A stretch of DNA of 64,000 nucleotides, taken from Candidatus Poribacteria bacterium. Lineage in GTDB: Bacteria; Poribacteria; WGA-4E; WGA-3G. The position numbers and the translations under genes were made by a program. Shown here in pieces: positions 60,457 through 64,000 of this stretch. The first letter of the stretch is position 1. Every line of letters starts with the position of its first letter. Below the pieces are notes generated by a model. It had not been told where the DNA came from. It saw only the letters and a list, made by a program, of their open reading frames with translations, and made no database searches. The stretch spans positions 576,001-640,000 of the forward strand of contig CAXXLX010000001.1 in the NCBI GenBank assembly GCA_963665235.2. The letters are read 5' to 3'.

Positions 60457-61605
60457 CTACTTAAGTGCCTCATAATCGTCCATCAGCTGCGTGAATTGTG
60501 AAAACAGATAGCTCGCATCGTGCGGGCCGGGCGATGCCTCCGGGTGATACTGTACAGAAAAAATGGGATACTCCCGATGTTGTATCCCTTCAAGTGTGTC
60601 GTCATTCAAGTTGATATGCGTAACGTCTACGGTGTTTGGAAGTGCGTCGATATCGACGCAGAACCCATGGTTTTGAGAGGTAATCTCAACTTTGTCGTTT
60701 TGTAAGTGTTTTACAGGTTGATTCGCGCCCCGATGCCCAAACTTGAGTTTATAGGTTTTCCCGCCGAGTGCAAGTCCTAAGAGTTGGTGTCCCAAACAGA
60801 TACCAAAAAGCGGTTTTTTACCCATCAGTTCTTGGATTGTCCGAATCGCATAGTGTAGCGGCATTGGGTCTCCCGGGCCGTTTGAGAGGAACACCCCATC
60901 CGGTGCTGCGGCAAGGATTTCCTCAGCGGTTGTCGTAGCAGGGACAACCTGTACTTCGCACCCGTGTGCTGTTAATTGACGTAAGATATTATATTTGATG
61001 CCGAAATCCATCGCCACCACGCGGTACTTTCCAGCTTCGGTAGGAGCAAGCTCCCGATTGTGACCCTCTATCCACTCGACATCTCGCTCGCGCCATGCAT
61101 AAGGATTCGGACAGGTAACCCGTTTCACAAGGTCCCTGCCGACTAACCCGTGCCATGCTTGTGCCTTAGCAACGAGGCTCGCTGCGTCAAGGTTTCCCCC
61201 CGCATCTGCTGTGGCAAGACAACCGTTCATCACACCGTGTACGCGAAGGCGACGCGTTAGTGCCCGGGTATCAATCTGCTGAATACCGATAATCCCATGG
61301 TCGGCGAGATAGGTGTCTAAACTCCATTTTGAACGGTAGTTGCTATAATACGCGCTATATTCCCGCACAACAAAACCTTCTACTTGCGGCCCAATGGATT
61401 CAACATCCAATTCGTTACAACCGTAGTTGCCAATTAACGGATACGTCATTGTGACGATTTGCGCTTTATAAGATGGGTCCGTTAAAACCTCCTGGTAGCC
61501 TGTCATACTTGTGTTGAAGACCACCTCACCGACAGTTTCGCCTGTTGCACCGAACTGTTCTCCCTCAAAAACTGTACCATCCGCTAACGCGAGCATTGCT
61601 TTCAT
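60457..61605 (-). CDS. carA: Carbamoyl-phosphate synthase small subunit
   Basis: GEVVFNTSMTGYQE, SNGPGDP, GICLGHQ, QYHPEASPGP. Confidence 0.96.
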   Translation of the reverse strand: MKAMLALADGTVFEGEQFGATGETVGEVVFNTSMTGYQEVLTDPSYKAQIVTMTYPLIGNYGCNELDVESIGPQVEGFVVREYSAYYSNYRSKWSLDTYLADHGIIGIQQIDTRALTRRLRVHGVMNGCLATADAGGNLDAASLVAKAQAWHGLVGRDLVKRVTCPNPYAWRERDVEWIEGHNRELAPTEAGKYRVVAMDFGIKYNILRQLTAHGCEVQVVPATTTAEEILAAAPDGVFLSNGPGDPMPLHYAIRTIQELMGKKPLFGICLGHQLLGLALGGKTYKLKFGHRGANQPVKHLQNDKVEITSQNHGFCVDIDALPNTVDVTHINLNDDTLEGIQHREYPIFSVQYHPEASPGPHDASYLFSQFTQLMDDYEALK

Positions 61606-61659
61606 CTTTGATATTTCCTTGCGGTTTGATATTTTTAAGATTTCCTTGCGGTTTGATAA

Positions 61660-62400
61660 GGCAGGTCTCATAAACCACCCGCCTCGCCATATATCCAGCC
61701 CTTCACGTTGTTCGGGCTTACCCAAACGCTTAACTTCACGCCTTCCCCCCGCTCGCGGGGGATAAAGGGGGGTAAAACACCGAAAAAAATCATGCACACC
61801 TAATGAACTTTGACGTTCAAGTTAGGTATTCGTAGGGCCGGGGTCTCCACGCCCGAGCTACAGAAACTCACAAACCAAGCGGGTTGGGGAGCCCAACCCC
61901 TACGTATTCAACTACCGATTTTGATTGTCAAATTTGATTAGATAAACCGCTCGTAGTAGGGAAACCATTCATTGCCCATCGATTGCACGGACATTTATTA
62001 TCAAGCTCCCGTTATGTTACCAATTTGCCTCTGTCCTATTCGGTATTAGCCCCATCGGGGCGATATGTTTATAGAATGTTGGCTTATGGCGATTGGCTTA
62101 TGGAAACCAATGGCAAGAGGTTGTAATTCTAATCAACGCTTTGACGCGCGTCAGAGGGTTCGGAATACTCTCTTGCTAATTGCTAATTGCTAATTGCTAA
62201 TTGCCAAATCCGTGTAATCCGCGATTCTGACAAAAAGAACGACATCCTAACCTCTAATCACAAAACGTGGAGTGTTACGCACCTTAAAATCCGCGCAATC
62301 CGAGATTCAGAGAACACCCGCGAAATCCACGCTTCCACCCTTCCACCCTTCCATCCTTCCATCTATCCCTTTGACAAAACTTTGTGCCCCCCTAAAATTG
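61660..62400. repeat. Intergenic mosaic of REP hairpins, MITE ends and short tandem repeats
   Basis: GTAG REP doublet 61831-61903; CCCCCGCTCGCGGGGGATAAAGGGGGG; (TTGCTAA)x4; CTTCCACC repeats; family B end near 61995-62012. Confidence 0.7.
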
Positions 62401-62408
62401 TCCAAAGT

Positions 62409-64000
<1,592 letters not shown>

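Noticed and set aside
61606-61797. N-terminal extension of CarA
   Set aside because: It derives from repeat DNA and a short duplication; the homologous start is MKAMLAL at 61605.

Overview
Bacterial chromosome segment, most likely Candidatus Poribacteria. This is an inference from the WD40-cohesin-FlgD-like secreted protein, LamG and TolB-like proteins ending in a shared P-V-x-P...W-G-x-L-K motif, and two PhyH dioxygenases. Most of the window is housekeeping and catabolic: a PAS histidine kinase with response regulators, radC, iolC/iolD, eda, folE with a tandem PTPS and an SDR, purE, xylonate dehydratase, a guaB-like gene, nuoI, nagB and pyrR-pyrC-carA-carB. The most notable items are: (1) an AT-rich accessory operon (24.8-28.7 kb) encoding a TIGR04255-like protein, an NWDGY-domain protein and a putative ADP-ribosyltransferase-fold toxin, followed by a second NWDGY gene and a stub of a second toxin gene, which is a candidate toxin-antitoxin-chaperone-like defence system; (2) a TnpB-only IS200/IS605 element inserted in the second NWDGY gene whose excision restores the frame, plus a related 62-bp solo end inside another gene; (3) a lipoprotein-thioredoxin with an in-frame UGA in a W-U-x-x-C motif (probable selenoprotein); (4) many MITEs carrying GTAG-type REP hairpins, some nested, some tandemly amplified, and two probably inserted in frame in carB and pyrC; (5) divergent guaB-like and MDH-like enzymes lacking catalytic residues. 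No rRNA, tRNA or CRISPR array was recognised. All family assignments come from motif recognition by eye, not database searches.
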